Positions 51,994 through 60,957 are shown, counted from the first letter of the stretch. The stretch: 64,000 bases of DNA from an uncultured virus (IMG/VR IMGVR_UViG_3300021598_001639) (IMGVR_UViG_3300021598_001639); one strand, 5' to 3'. Translations and numbers: made by a program. The notes: generated by a model not told the origin, from the letters alone.

Positions 51994-52216
51994 AATGTCA
52001 ATAGGAAATGTGCCAGTTTATAAATTGGCACACCTACCATAAAAAGGTAAAAATGTCAAGTCCCAATGTGCCAGTTTAAAAAGTGTCACAATAGGACTTG
52101 ACAAAAAGTAAAATTTATGCAGGTGATACCCCTACCCCTCTTTTAGGCTAAAAAAGAAAGTGCCTCCTTTTTGTCCTAAATTTTTTTTTTGAAAATGAAA
52201 AATCAATTTAGGCGTA

Positions 52217-53096
52217 AAACTGTACTACTTAACCAAAATCAATAAAACTCAATCATATCAAGGGTTTTAGCGTTTTTACTTTAAAAAACACCATTTTAAA
52301 ATCAATAAAGCCCAGTCATAGTATAGCTTTGACCTGTTTGTACTATGTAGTAGGGGGGATAACTTTATTTTTTTTTTATCTACTACGCCTTTAATCATCG
52401 CAGTTTAGGTACAAAAAAAACATAAACTATATAGAATGAGCAAATTAAAGCATTCGGAAGTCCTAATAAGGTGAGTCTGTTTTTTTTTTTTTTGCTTTAA
52501 CAGGGCGGGTTTTAGACTTTTCCGTATAGTGGCTTTTTTCTTTTAGCATTGTTCCACTTTAAGGTGGACATACACTACAGACAATAATAAACAGCCTTTT
52601 ACCACACTTCAGAGCGGGTCGTGATACTTTTACTATTAAACGAATTTGTAATGGTCTAAGGGGTTAAAAATGGGTAAATGAGCAAATGTGGGCTAAATAT
52701 TTAAAATATGTATTTAATTTTTGGTAGGTTGATTTTTGAATACCCTAGAATTAAAGTAATCTAGTATCCTATCCCCCATTCTATTTTTTTTTTTCGCTAT
52801 GTATATAGCATAGCATGGGTATAAACAAAATGTCAAGGGGTAGTGGAAAAATATTTTTTTTGGGGGGTGGGGTAAGGGAGAGAGGCAAAAAAGTATGAGA
52901 GTTTTTAAACTGCGATGATTAAAAGTGTAGTAGATAAAAAAAATAAAGTTATCCCCCCTACTACATAGTACAAACAGGTCTAAGCTATGCTATGACTGAA
53001 TTTTATTGATTTTTAAATGGTGTTTTTTAAAGTCAAAAATGTTAAAACCCTTAATAAGATTGAGTTTTATTGATTTTTAGAGGGGTAGTACAGTTT
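52217..53096. repeat. Long inverted-repeat element C (non-coding; interior is an inverted paralogue of element A)
   Basis: Arms about 52217-52407 and 52906-53096; minus-strand TTGACA(52836)-N18-TATGCT. Confidence 0.9.
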
Positions 53097-53172
53097 TTTG
53101 AGTACAGCGAAAAACAACAAAAAAAGCCCCTCTTTTGGGACTAAAAGAAGGGTTAAACGGCTAAAGTGGAAA

Positions 53173-54006
53173 TCAAAGAGAACAGGTAGAACCAAGTCGA
53201 TATTTGATGTCAAAAGCTAACTGACGATTAAAGGAACTCCAATGTTCAAGGGAACGGGAATTAGAAAGATTAAAGCATTGTTCAGAAGGGAGATTGGTTA
53301 AACACCAGCTTAAAAGTTTAGGTTGGTCAACGTCAGTATTAAGAGAAGTAATACCGGGACGTTGAATAGAAATACAATAAGGAATACAGGATTGAGAAAG
53401 GATATAAGATTGGAGAATGGATAATTCATGAGGATTACGGATAGCACCAATAACAACATCATGACGACGTTGGAGAAGCAAAAAATCTAAAGAATGACGA
53501 AGAAAAGGGGCAGAAAACTCTGGGTCAATTTTATCACGCATAACAGACCAAGAGCAGATTTCCAAATCTTTTAAAGAAAGATGGTCAACACTATCGGGCA
53601 AAAGAATATGGGTGATAAAACGGTGAGTCATGTCATAAAGAGAAACATTATAAGCACCATAAGTGTCAGAATAAAACTTGGAACAATAATGATAGGAAGC
53701 CAAAGAGGTATTAGAGTAATGACGGTGTAGAAATTCAAAACATCTGTCAAAAAGAATACCCATTTTGTTATTAAGAAAACGGTAAAAATTTGGAACAGAA
53801 GCCTTACCTTCAGGGGTATGCAAAGAACCGGACGGTAAATCGCACATAGACTCTAAGAAGGTTTTTAGGTCTTGAATAGGATGGAGAGGAACAAAAGAAT
53901 GTTCCTGAAAAGCGTTTTGAGCAACGGATTTACCAGAACCAGAATCACCAAAGATAAGAACCAATTTAGGTAGAATTGATAAATTGGGGGAAGCAATACT
54001 AGACAT
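53173..54006 (-). CDS. P-loop kinase, deoxynucleoside-monophosphate kinase-like
   Basis: LVLIFGDSGSGKS; VVIGAIRNPHE (cf. VISDVRFPNE); ISIQRPG. Confidence 0.65.
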   Translation of the reverse strand: MSSIASPNLSILPKLVLIFGDSGSGKSVAQNAFQEHSFVPLHPIQDLKTFLESMCDLPSGSLHTPEGKASVPNFYRFLNNKMGILFDRCFEFLHRHYSNTSLASYHYCSKFYSDTYGAYNVSLYDMTHRFITHILLPDSVDHLSLKDLEICSWSVMRDKIDPEFSAPFLRHSLDFLLLQRRHDVVIGAIRNPHELSILQSYILSQSCIPYCISIQRPGITSLNTDVDQPKLLSWCLTNLPSEQCFNLSNSRSLEHWSSFNRQLAFDIKYRLGSTCSL

Positions 54007-54400
54007 AGGAAAAAGTGGTAGGATTAAACTATACAATATAGTATAGCTTAAGTCCAAAAAAAAAAGTCAACTATTTTAGAGTTGACTTTCAAAATTAATT
54101 TTCAGGGAAATGAGACTCCAAATAGTTCCTAATTTCCTGAATTTTTGCCTGTTGATAGCTGTTAAAAAGAGACAGAAAAGATTGAGTGGTGAAGCCAAAG
54201 TGTAAGCACAAACAATCCCACGAAAAAAAACTGGTGGTAGTTTTTGGCTACTAGAAATTTTTGAGCAATTAATTCATCGTCTGTCATGGGTAAAGTCCTC
54301 TAGGGAATAAAAAAAAAATAATCGCACATTTTAGGTATTATAAGCGAAAACTTGAAAAAAAGTCAACTATTTTAGAGTTGACTTGTTAGAAAAAGTTTAA

Positions 54401-55933
54401 TTAATCACCGGCACAAGCTTCACAATATTGGGAATCGAGATTACAGACAACAACATCAGAAGAAGAAAAAGGGTAGTCGTCAGAATCAAATAAAGCATCA
54501 AAGTCAACGTCTGATACAGATTGAGAATTAGGCAGATAGGAAAGAGCATCAAGAGCCTCATCGGAAATGACACGAGACTTATCGTTAGAAGATTGGAGAG
54601 TTGCCAGACGGTAGTAAGTAGTTTTGAGGTCAGAAGCAAGGAAAGTATCAATAAAAGATTCATCAACAGGACAAGTATCCCAAATATTAGCGGAAATAGA
54701 ATGGCTAAGACCAGTAGAGTCCATTAAACGTTGCCAAATATTAAGAAGTCGCCATTGAGTATCCCAACCGACATGGGAAGCAATTTGAACGTTGGGGTGA
54801 AAATGAAAAATTTGAGAACCAAAAGTTTCAGAGGTACGTTCAATAGAACGACTTAAAGGAGGGCTAATTTCAGGAGTAATAGAGAAGCCTTGAGAATCAA
54901 AATGCTTAGTAAAAGAGGTTGCGGTAGGAGCAACGCAGAAAACACGGTCAAAGTTGTAAAGCTGACCAATATCAGCCGCTTCATGGTAGCCTAAAGCAAG
55001 ATAGAAAGCAATTTGTTGGGGAAGATGGAAAGAAGAAACAAACGGAAGAGTACAACGGAGAATATCAGGACGGAAACCAGAAGTCATCTCTTCAATGGAC
55101 TCTAAAGCAGAAACGAAATCGGAATAGGAAACATCATGGATAGCTAAAAAAGAAGCTAAACCAATAACACCAAGTCCAATTTGTTTGTCTTCGGCAGGGG
55201 AAAGATATTGACCAGTTTCACCAACACCAGTAAGAGGATGTAAACGAGCTAACCATTCAGCCCCTTGACGGAAAGCAGTGGGAATCTCATGAGGAGAAAG
55301 TAAACCCAAATTGATATTAGAGATAAGACAGGTAGCCCGACTTTTTAGTAAAATTTCTAAACAAACATTACTATAAAGACGTTCACCATGTTTATCGTAT
55401 TGCTTTTTAGCTAACCAAACAGTACCATTGTCAACAGCTTCAGCTAATTTTGCTTTGATAGGATGAGTTTTTAGACCATCATCAACGTACATGGCTAATT
55501 TAATCCAAGCATTTTCAAATTCGTCAGCATTTAAAAAAGCCAAAGCGTCAGGGTTATCGTAGTCTAGATAAACAGTAACAGCCCCATTTTTAAAAACCCC
55601 TCCTCGACGAAGAGTTTCATTAAGTCGAGAGTAAAGAGACATAAAACTAACAGCACCAGAAGCGACAAGACCTTTATCGTTAGTAGAACCAGAGGGGCGT
55701 AAAGAGTTAAGGTCAATAGCACAGCCTGCGGCATTACGAAGAGCATGAGAAGTAAAAATCCAACTAGCTTCAATGCCATTATCACCTTCCATAGAGTCTT
55801 CGACATGGAAGACAGTACAACTAACAGGAAGACGACCTTCGCCCCAATCCCGAACACGACCAGTAAGAGCTAATCCATGTGGGATTTCGTTAAAAAGGTC
55901 ATTTTTTAAAGCTTGACGTTCGGATTCAATCAT
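54401..55933 (-). CDS. nrdA: Ribonucleotide reductase large (alpha) subunit, cyanophage type
   Basis: RLPVSCTVF, NETLRRGGVFKNGAV, YSNVCLEI, APTATS, C-terminal CEACAG. Confidence 0.9.
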   Translation of the reverse strand: MIESERQALKNDLFNEIPHGLALTGRVRDWGEGRLPVSCTVFHVEDSMEGDNGIEASWIFTSHALRNAAGCAIDLNSLRPSGSTNDKGLVASGAVSFMSLYSRLNETLRRGGVFKNGAVTVYLDYDNPDALAFLNADEFENAWIKLAMYVDDGLKTHPIKAKLAEAVDNGTVWLAKKQYDKHGERLYSNVCLEILLKSRATCLISNINLGLLSPHEIPTAFRQGAEWLARLHPLTGVGETGQYLSPAEDKQIGLGVIGLASFLAIHDVSYSDFVSALESIEEMTSGFRPDILRCTLPFVSSFHLPQQIAFYLALGYHEAADIGQLYNFDRVFCVAPTATSFTKHFDSQGFSITPEISPPLSRSIERTSETFGSQIFHFHPNVQIASHVGWDTQWRLLNIWQRLMDSTGLSHSISANIWDTCPVDESFIDTFLASDLKTTYYRLATLQSSNDKSRVISDEALDALSYLPNSQSVSDVDFDALFDSDDYPFSSSDVVVCNLDSQYCEACAGD

Positions 55934-55983
55934 TGAAAAATCTCCAAAAAAGTAAAAAGGTTGACAAAAAGAAGACTCAAAAA

Positions 55984-56346
55984 TTATTGAGGTGGTTTAT
56001 TGAAAGGGGGAGTCTCTAAACCAAGAGACTGTTTTTGCATCGTCAACAAAAGAATATGCTGAGAGACAGTTTTTTGAAACAGCAAAGTAATTAACTCTTT
56101 GATGCGTTCACTGCGAGCATTTAAATCTGGGATAGAAAACCGAATATGAGTGGCATTACGGGGCAAAAAATCACAGCTAAAAGCTTTATCGACTTCAAGC
56201 ATCATTCGTGCTAACTCGAATTGGTTAGGCAGGGAAAGATTTTGAGCAATATCTAAACGATTCTCTTCTTCATTGTGAAAAGAGCGGGTGTGAGCAAAGA
56301 TGGTTGGCTCGTCTTCAGGATAATTTTCAGGGTTTAAAACAGGCAT
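55984..56346 (-). CDS. nblA: NblA-like phycobilisome degradation protein with internal insertion
   Basis: LSLPNQFELARMMLEV (cf. LSLEQQF helix 1) ... IKELITLLFQKTV..LLLTMQKQSLGL (helix 2). Confidence 0.55.
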   Translation of the reverse strand: MPVLNPENYPEDEPTIFAHTRSFHNEEENRLDIAQNLSLPNQFELARMMLEVDKAFSCDFLPRNATHIRFSIPDLNARSERIKELITLLFQKTVSQHILLLTMQKQSLGLETPPFNKPPQ

Positions 56347-56423
56347 AAGCAGAAATTTTCAGGTTCTAAAACAGGCTTGAAGTAAATTTGAACAGAGTTT
56401 CGTAAATAGTATTTATTGTTGTA

Positions 56424-56672
56424 CTACCCTGATAATACTAGCATTCCTTCAATATTAGGACGGTCATTTTCTTCTGATTTTTCGTAAGTCGCTTCTTTGG
56501 CTTTATCAATCCAAGCATTAATTTGATCGTGTCTAATTGCTCCATAATCGACTTCATCATCAACTTCATTTTCAATCTTAATTCCTATAATTGAGAAACA
56601 GAATAAAAAATTGTATAAATCAGTTTCGTTGACCGATTGTACTAACTCTTTAAGAACTTGTTTAGCGTCCAT
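56424..56672 (-). CDS. Hypothetical protein (start MDAKQV)
   Basis: GGAG RBS formed across the omegaRNA-copy boundary. Confidence 0.6.
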   Translation of the reverse strand: MDAKQVLKELVQSVNETDLYNFLFCFSIIGIKIENEVDDEVDYGAIRHDQINAWIDKAKEATYEKSEENDRPNIEGMLVLSG

Positions 56673-56883
56673 TGTTATTTCTCCGTTATAAAAAATGTTA
56701 ACATTCATTTCTTGCTTCACTGTGGTAAGGACGTCCTAACACCACTCCACAAGCTAACACGAGCTAACTGCCCGCTTTACCCTAGTTAAAAGGGGTTTTG
56801 ACCCGTTATAATTAAGCTTGGTTTTCGCCTAACTAATTTTGTTGGGTTAAACCCAGTATAACAGATGGTAGTTATGATGTCAA
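56663..56883 (-). ncRNA. Stand-alone omegaRNA copy with its own promoter
   Basis: 56683-56778 matches 5217-5321 (3 substitutions, a 9-nt deletion, one extra T); promoter TTGACA(56883)-N17-TATACT nearly identical to the tnpB promoter. Confidence 0.7.
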
Positions 56884-56905
56884 GGGGGTTTGAGAAAAAA
56901 AATTT

Positions 56906-57043
56906 TTAAGAATTGCGAGCTTTTTTACGAAGGGCGAAAACGGATTCAACGGGATTAGAAGTAGTTTTGCGGGGTTGTTTAGGGGAATCATTAGACCGTT
57001 TACGACTTTCTTGACGACCATCCCCACCAGAAGTTTTTACCAT
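56906..57043 (-). CDS. Small basic protein (45 aa)
   Basis: Manual translation MVKTSGGDGRQESRKRSNDSPKQPRK... Confidence 0.35.
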   Translation of the reverse strand: MVKTSGGDGRQESRKRSNDSPKQPRKTTSNPVESVFALRKKARNS

Positions 57044-57108
57044 AAAAAAAATTGGAAACACTACACTAGAAAAGCGAGCGTGACCAATTTTTTTTGCTTG
57101 AACGAGGA

Positions 57109-57405
57109 TTAATTATCACCCAAAACTTCGTATTGACCATCTATCGACGGCAAAAGACTGTTTTTGGTTTCGGGACTAACTAATAAGTTGGCAGTAACGG
57201 TAGTTTCAACAAAAGAGCCATTATTGGCTGGAAACGTTCTAAGATGCTCAGAAAAATCTAGTTGAAAAGGAGTATTGGGAGGCAATTTTTCTAAAACAAA
57301 GTCGAGTATTTGCCCATAAAGAGAGTGACGAATAGCGGAGTGTTGAGCTTGGTAATAGGTAGAATGGCACTGGTTAGAGACGGATATAGTTTCTAAAATA
57401 ATCAT
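57109..57405 (-). CDS. Hypothetical protein
   Basis: ORF with RBS AGGA. Confidence 0.55.
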   Translation of the reverse strand: MIILETISVSNQCHSTYYQAQHSAIRHSLYGQILDFVLEKLPPNTPFQLDFSEHLRTFPANNGSFVETTVTANLLVSPETKNSLLPSIDGQYEVLGDN

Positions 57406-57415
57406 GTGTTTTGTC

Positions 57416-57832
57416 CTATTTTATTGCATACTTAAGATTTTCTAGATTAAGATATTCTAGACTGAGAAAATATAAGCAAGACATCTCTCCTTCTACAAAT
57501 ATAATTGAAGCTATTGCAATAGTTACAGCAAAAAGATTAGTATTCTTTTTAAGCTGGTCAGGAACATTGACTCTGAAAAACAATATTACTGTAGCTAACA
57601 ATAGTTGATTTTTGATAACTTCACGAAAATTCAGTACAGTATTTTCGTTTATTACACCATACGCATAAACTAGCCCATTGGCAATAGTGCGGTTGTAACA
57701 ATGTTTAAGCAATGCTGAAAACTGTGGTTTTTGTTTTGCTTCATTGACTAAATCAGCGATAAAATCTTTTGTTGATTTAGGTAAATTATCGCAAACACTT
57801 TTGATAGCTATTGCACCTCCGTAACTAATCAT
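57416..57832 (-). CDS. Hypothetical protein
   Basis: RBS AAGGAG; promoter TTGACA at about 57898. Confidence 0.6.
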   Translation of the reverse strand: MISYGGAIAIKSVCDNLPKSTKDFIADLVNEAKQKPQFSALLKHCYNRTIANGLVYAYGVINENTVLNFREVIKNQLLLATVILFFRVNVPDQLKKNTNLFAVTIAIASIIFVEGEMSCLYFLSLEYLNLENLKYAIK

Positions 57833-57907
57833 TTTTTTTGCTCCTTAGACGTTTTGCACTTATTTACATAATATAGCACATTCAAGACAAAATGTCAATA
57901 AATAAGT

Positions 57908-58612
57908 TCAAATACCGACAGATTGTGTAAGCGAAGCTTTATTTTCTGTCTTCAGGTAGGTAGAGACATTAAAATCATCCTTAAAACGACCCCTAGCTCT
58001 ATCAGACTCCTCTATAACATGACACCAGCCCATTTTTTGACATTCTTCTTTAACTTTGCGTCCTCCTCCATAAACAGTGAAAAAAATGTCAGAAGTACCA
58101 GCGTGGCGACAAGCCATATCAAATTCTTCATAGGTAGCGGCAATACCATCGGAATAGCCATGAGTACAGTAAGCATCCCAACCTTTAGGAACGCCTAAAA
58201 GAGCAATATCCTGAAATTCAGTAGGAACATTTACATCAACAAGAATACGAATACCTGCTTCAGCCCAATAACGAGAAAGCCAACGTTTTTTAAAAATTAG
58301 TTCAATAGCGATAGCTTTAGGAGTTTGAAGAGTAATGGTGTAGTTAACTTCACCAACAAGAGTGATTGAAGTATCGATTAATTTAGAAGGATTTTTCCAA
58401 TGACCATTAAAGCGATAATCGTCGGTATAGTGAAAGACAGTACCGGTAAGTGATTTGTTGCGAGCCTTAGCCCCCCAAATATTAATAGGAGTTTCTGGCC
58501 ATTTACCCGCCATATTCAAAGGAAGGACAGGGATGCCCCATTCATTGTCAGTGGGAAACATCCAAGTTACAATATTATTACCTATGGGATTTAACAATTC
58601 TTTGATAGCCAT
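57908..58612 (-). CDS. DUF4417-like protein
   Basis: NEWGIPVL, VFHYTDDYRF..HWKNP, RWLSRYWAEAGIRI, GVPKG, TVYGG. Confidence 0.75.
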   Translation of the reverse strand: MAIKELLNPIGNNIVTWMFPTDNEWGIPVLPLNMAGKWPETPINIWGAKARNKSLTGTVFHYTDDYRFNGHWKNPSKLIDTSITLVGEVNYTITLQTPKAIAIELIFKKRWLSRYWAEAGIRILVDVNVPTEFQDIALLGVPKGWDAYCTHGYSDGIAATYEEFDMACRHAGTSDIFFTVYGGGRKVKEECQKMGWCHVIEESDRARGRFKDDFNVSTYLKTENKASLTQSVGI

Positions 58613-58665
58613 GAAAAAAGATTTCACTCAAAGTAAAGATATATCTTAGCATAAGGAAAAAAGAA

Positions 58666-59130
58666 ATGTCAAATAACGAACAACAAATTCCCACATTTGC
58701 GGAATATCTATTCAAGCCCCAGAGAAGTGCAAAGTTACTATATGGTACATTTGTACTAAGAGATAAAGACCAAAAACAATTATGTGCGGTAGTGGCTACA
58801 TCTGGGGCGGCAGGGTATCAAAATTGGACAGATTTTCAAAGGATAGGAAAGGGATTGATTCCGCCCTATGACAAATTTCAAATCAGAACCGATGGGTATC
58901 GATTAGCAACAAAAGGAATCGAAGGTATGTTTTATCCGATAGAACCTAGTCCTGTCCCTATCTATGGAAGGTCTGAATTAGGGTTGCATTTTGACGCAAA
59001 CGTACCTGGTTCAGCCGGATGTATTGTGATAGAAAACAAAAACAGTTTTTTAAAAACAATAGTCCCTTTAATGTTAAAAGCGAAAAATGCAAAAATACTT
59101 AGAATCCCGTTAAAAGTCAATTTTAGCTAA
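58666..59130 (+). CDS. L,D-transpeptidase/Tlde1-like cell-wall enzyme (possible endolysin)
   Basis: ATSGAAG, GLIPP, RSELGLHFDANVPGSAGCI (His...SxGC). Confidence 0.7.
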   Translation: MSNNEQQIPTFAEYLFKPQRSAKLLYGTFVLRDKDQKQLCAVVATSGAAGYQNWTDFQRIGKGLIPPYDKFQIRTDGYRLATKGIEGMFYPIEPSPVPIYGRSELGLHFDANVPGSAGCIVIENKNSFLKTIVPLMLKAKNAKILRIPLKVNFS

Positions 59131-59577
59131 TGAGAAACTAAAAAGGTTTTGTAATTCATTATCAGAAAAACACCGACCTTTAAGCCAAGTCTCAAAAGTT
59201 AAGGGGGAATACTGAGGATTACGCTCGCTTAATAGATGAGGAAGTTTTGATTTAAAATCTAGAAATAAATCAAATTCTTCATCATTTAAACAAGATTTAT
59301 TACAGGTTAGAGGGTGCAAAAAAAGGAAACCACTGGGTAAAACAAAACGAAACTGAGGCTTAATAAGCAAGGTCATAACTGCTGAAGAACTAATAGCCTT
59401 AATTACAATTAAAGGGGTGTGACAAATTTCAGCGATATGGATAGCTGAAAGAATGTCTCCCCCTTTAGAATTTACAAAAATCCTATTTACATTTAATTTT
59501 TGTAATGCGATAAAATAGGGAATTGTGTCGTGGTTAATAACGGAAATAGATGGCTTAAAATCAGGTAATAATTCCAT
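59110..59577 (-). CDS. ClpP-like protease (divergent)
   Basis: IFVNSKGGDILSAIHI, AISSSA (Ser), FLFLHP (His). Confidence 0.65.
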   Translation of the reverse strand: MELLPDFKPSISVINHDTIPYFIALQKLNVNRIFVNSKGGDILSAIHIAEICHTPLIVIKAISSSAVMTLLIKPQFRFVLPSGFLFLHPLTCNKSCLNDEEFDLFLDFKSKLPHLLSERNPQYSPLTFETWLKGRCFSDNELQNLFSFSLAKIDF

Positions 59578-59587
59578 AGATTATAAA

Positions 59588-60220
59588 ATGTTTAACTTCT
59601 TAAAACGGGTAGTAACAAAAAGATTATTAATTTATGCGGTAAATATAAGCGTGAATATTTTAGTGATTTATTTTCAAATTTGGGGACAAGAGAAAATAGA
59701 TACAAAAGAAAAAGTAATTCTTCAAAAATACGTAAAAACAAAAGATAACATTACAGTTACAAAGGATACAGAAAATTTAGTTTATTTATTAGATGGGTAC
59801 ATAACCAAAAGTACAACTTTAAAAATGCCGAAAGGAATAGGATTAAATAAAGAGAACAAAGAAATACTGTTAGAAAATATTATAACATACGTTTCTACAA
59901 AGTATCCAGAGTCAACAATTTTAAAATCAAATAATTACGAAATATTAGTGGATTTAGGTTATACTAAAAGGCAAATAAATTTTTTAGGGTGGGAAAAAGT
60001 GAGAATGGTTTTATTTGTAGCGGGAAGTAAAGATGATTATAAACTTTATTTAATAGCAACCGTTAAAATAGCTTCAGGAAACCCTTTTTTACCCCCTCCA
60101 AGCAAAGAATTTACCCAATTAGAAGGTGAATCCGCCCACAATGTTAAGGAGTATTTAGAAAGGTTTTTAGCAGATTTAGGAAAAGCAATAAGTGAACCCA
60201 AAACAGACACTAGAGATTAA
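59588..60220 (+). CDS. Membrane-anchored hypothetical protein
   Basis: N-terminal hydrophobic segment. Confidence 0.55.
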   Translation: MFNFLKRVVTKRLLIYAVNISVNILVIYFQIWGQEKIDTKEKVILQKYVKTKDNITVTKDTENLVYLLDGYITKSTTLKMPKGIGLNKENKEILLENIITYVSTKYPESTILKSNNYEILVDLGYTKRQINFLGWEKVRMVLFVAGSKDDYKLYLIATVKIASGNPFLPPPSKEFTQLEGESAHNVKEYLERFLADLGKAISEPKTDTRD

Positions 60221-60614
60221 GCAAAAATTAGGAAAAGAATACTTTATAGCCATAGGTTTTATATTTTGGACTACAACTTTGGTGAGAGTAATAGGGGGTT
60301 TAACAGACGAGCAATTTCAATATACATTGTTGCTATTATTATCATCTGTGACAAATTTTAGCATACCTATTTTGAAATATTTTATAAGAGGAGAAGCCAA
60401 AAAACCAACAATTAAGTTTACATTAGAGGGAAGCAGTATAGTGTTAGGAGTGGCGAGAGTTTACGGAATAGCAATAAGTTTAACCAATCTGTTAAGAGTA
60501 TTACCTATTCCCACGTTAAGCGTATTTTCCACATATTTTACTATAATGAGTAGCATACAAGCAATATTTAGTGTTTGGCTGTCATGGATTTTAACTGAAG
60601 TTTTTGAAGATTAG
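60192..60614 (+). CDS. Four-TM membrane protein
   Basis: Multiple hydrophobic helices; overlaps the upstream gene. Confidence 0.6.
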   Translation: MNPKQTLEIKQKLGKEYFIAIGFIFWTTTLVRVIGGLTDEQFQYTLLLLLSSVTNFSIPILKYFIRGEAKKPTIKFTLEGSSIVLGVARVYGIAISLTNLLRVLPIPTLSVFSTYFTIMSSIQAIFSVWLSWILTEVFED

Positions 60615-60826
60615 AAATTCTTGACAAAAAACTCACCAGCAAGTGTTATCATAAAAAGTTCAAGGTCACGACCAACAGCAACTTTTTTGATTAAGCCTAA
60701 ATTTAAAAGAGGTTGGAAATCAGGGTCATAAGGTTTTGTCCAAATTGTTTTATGATTTGCGATATATTTTAAAAGGTTTATATTGATAGTAGTGCTAGTT
60801 TTTTTCAAGACATTCTTTTTATTCAT
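60611..60826 (-). CDS. Small winged-helix-like protein
   Basis: LLNLGLIKK...FMITLAGEFF. Confidence 0.5.
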   Translation of the reverse strand: MNKKNVLKKTSTTININLLKYIANHKTIWTKPYDPDFQPLLNLGLIKKVAVGRDLELFMITLAGEFFVKNF

Positions 60827-60957
60827 AAAAAGGAAATGATTTTTTGTAAAGGTGGGTCAAAGATACCAATAGTTAGAGTATCAATGACACCACGAAAAAG
60901 AGCTAAGACAATTTTGATTTTGAGCGAGAACCTTCAGAATTAAGGAAATCTGGCGTA

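Larger units (their letters stand above)
48005..52110. repeat. Array of about 27 copies of a 57-59-bp unit interleaved with small gene cassettes
   Basis: Unit AAAAGTMAAAATGTCAATAGGWAATGTGCCAGTTTAKWAAKTGKCACAKCTACCAC, in runs of 2-6 between genes. Confidence 0.92.

Noticed and set aside
48005..52110. CRISPR array (24-bp palindromic core with about 34-bp gaps)
   Set aside because: The gaps are near-identical to each other, cores are degenerate, runs end in promoters, and there are no cas genes
54095..54287. Small minus-strand gene MTDDELIAQK...
   Set aside because: Frame is ambiguous at a T8 run; cannot call reliably
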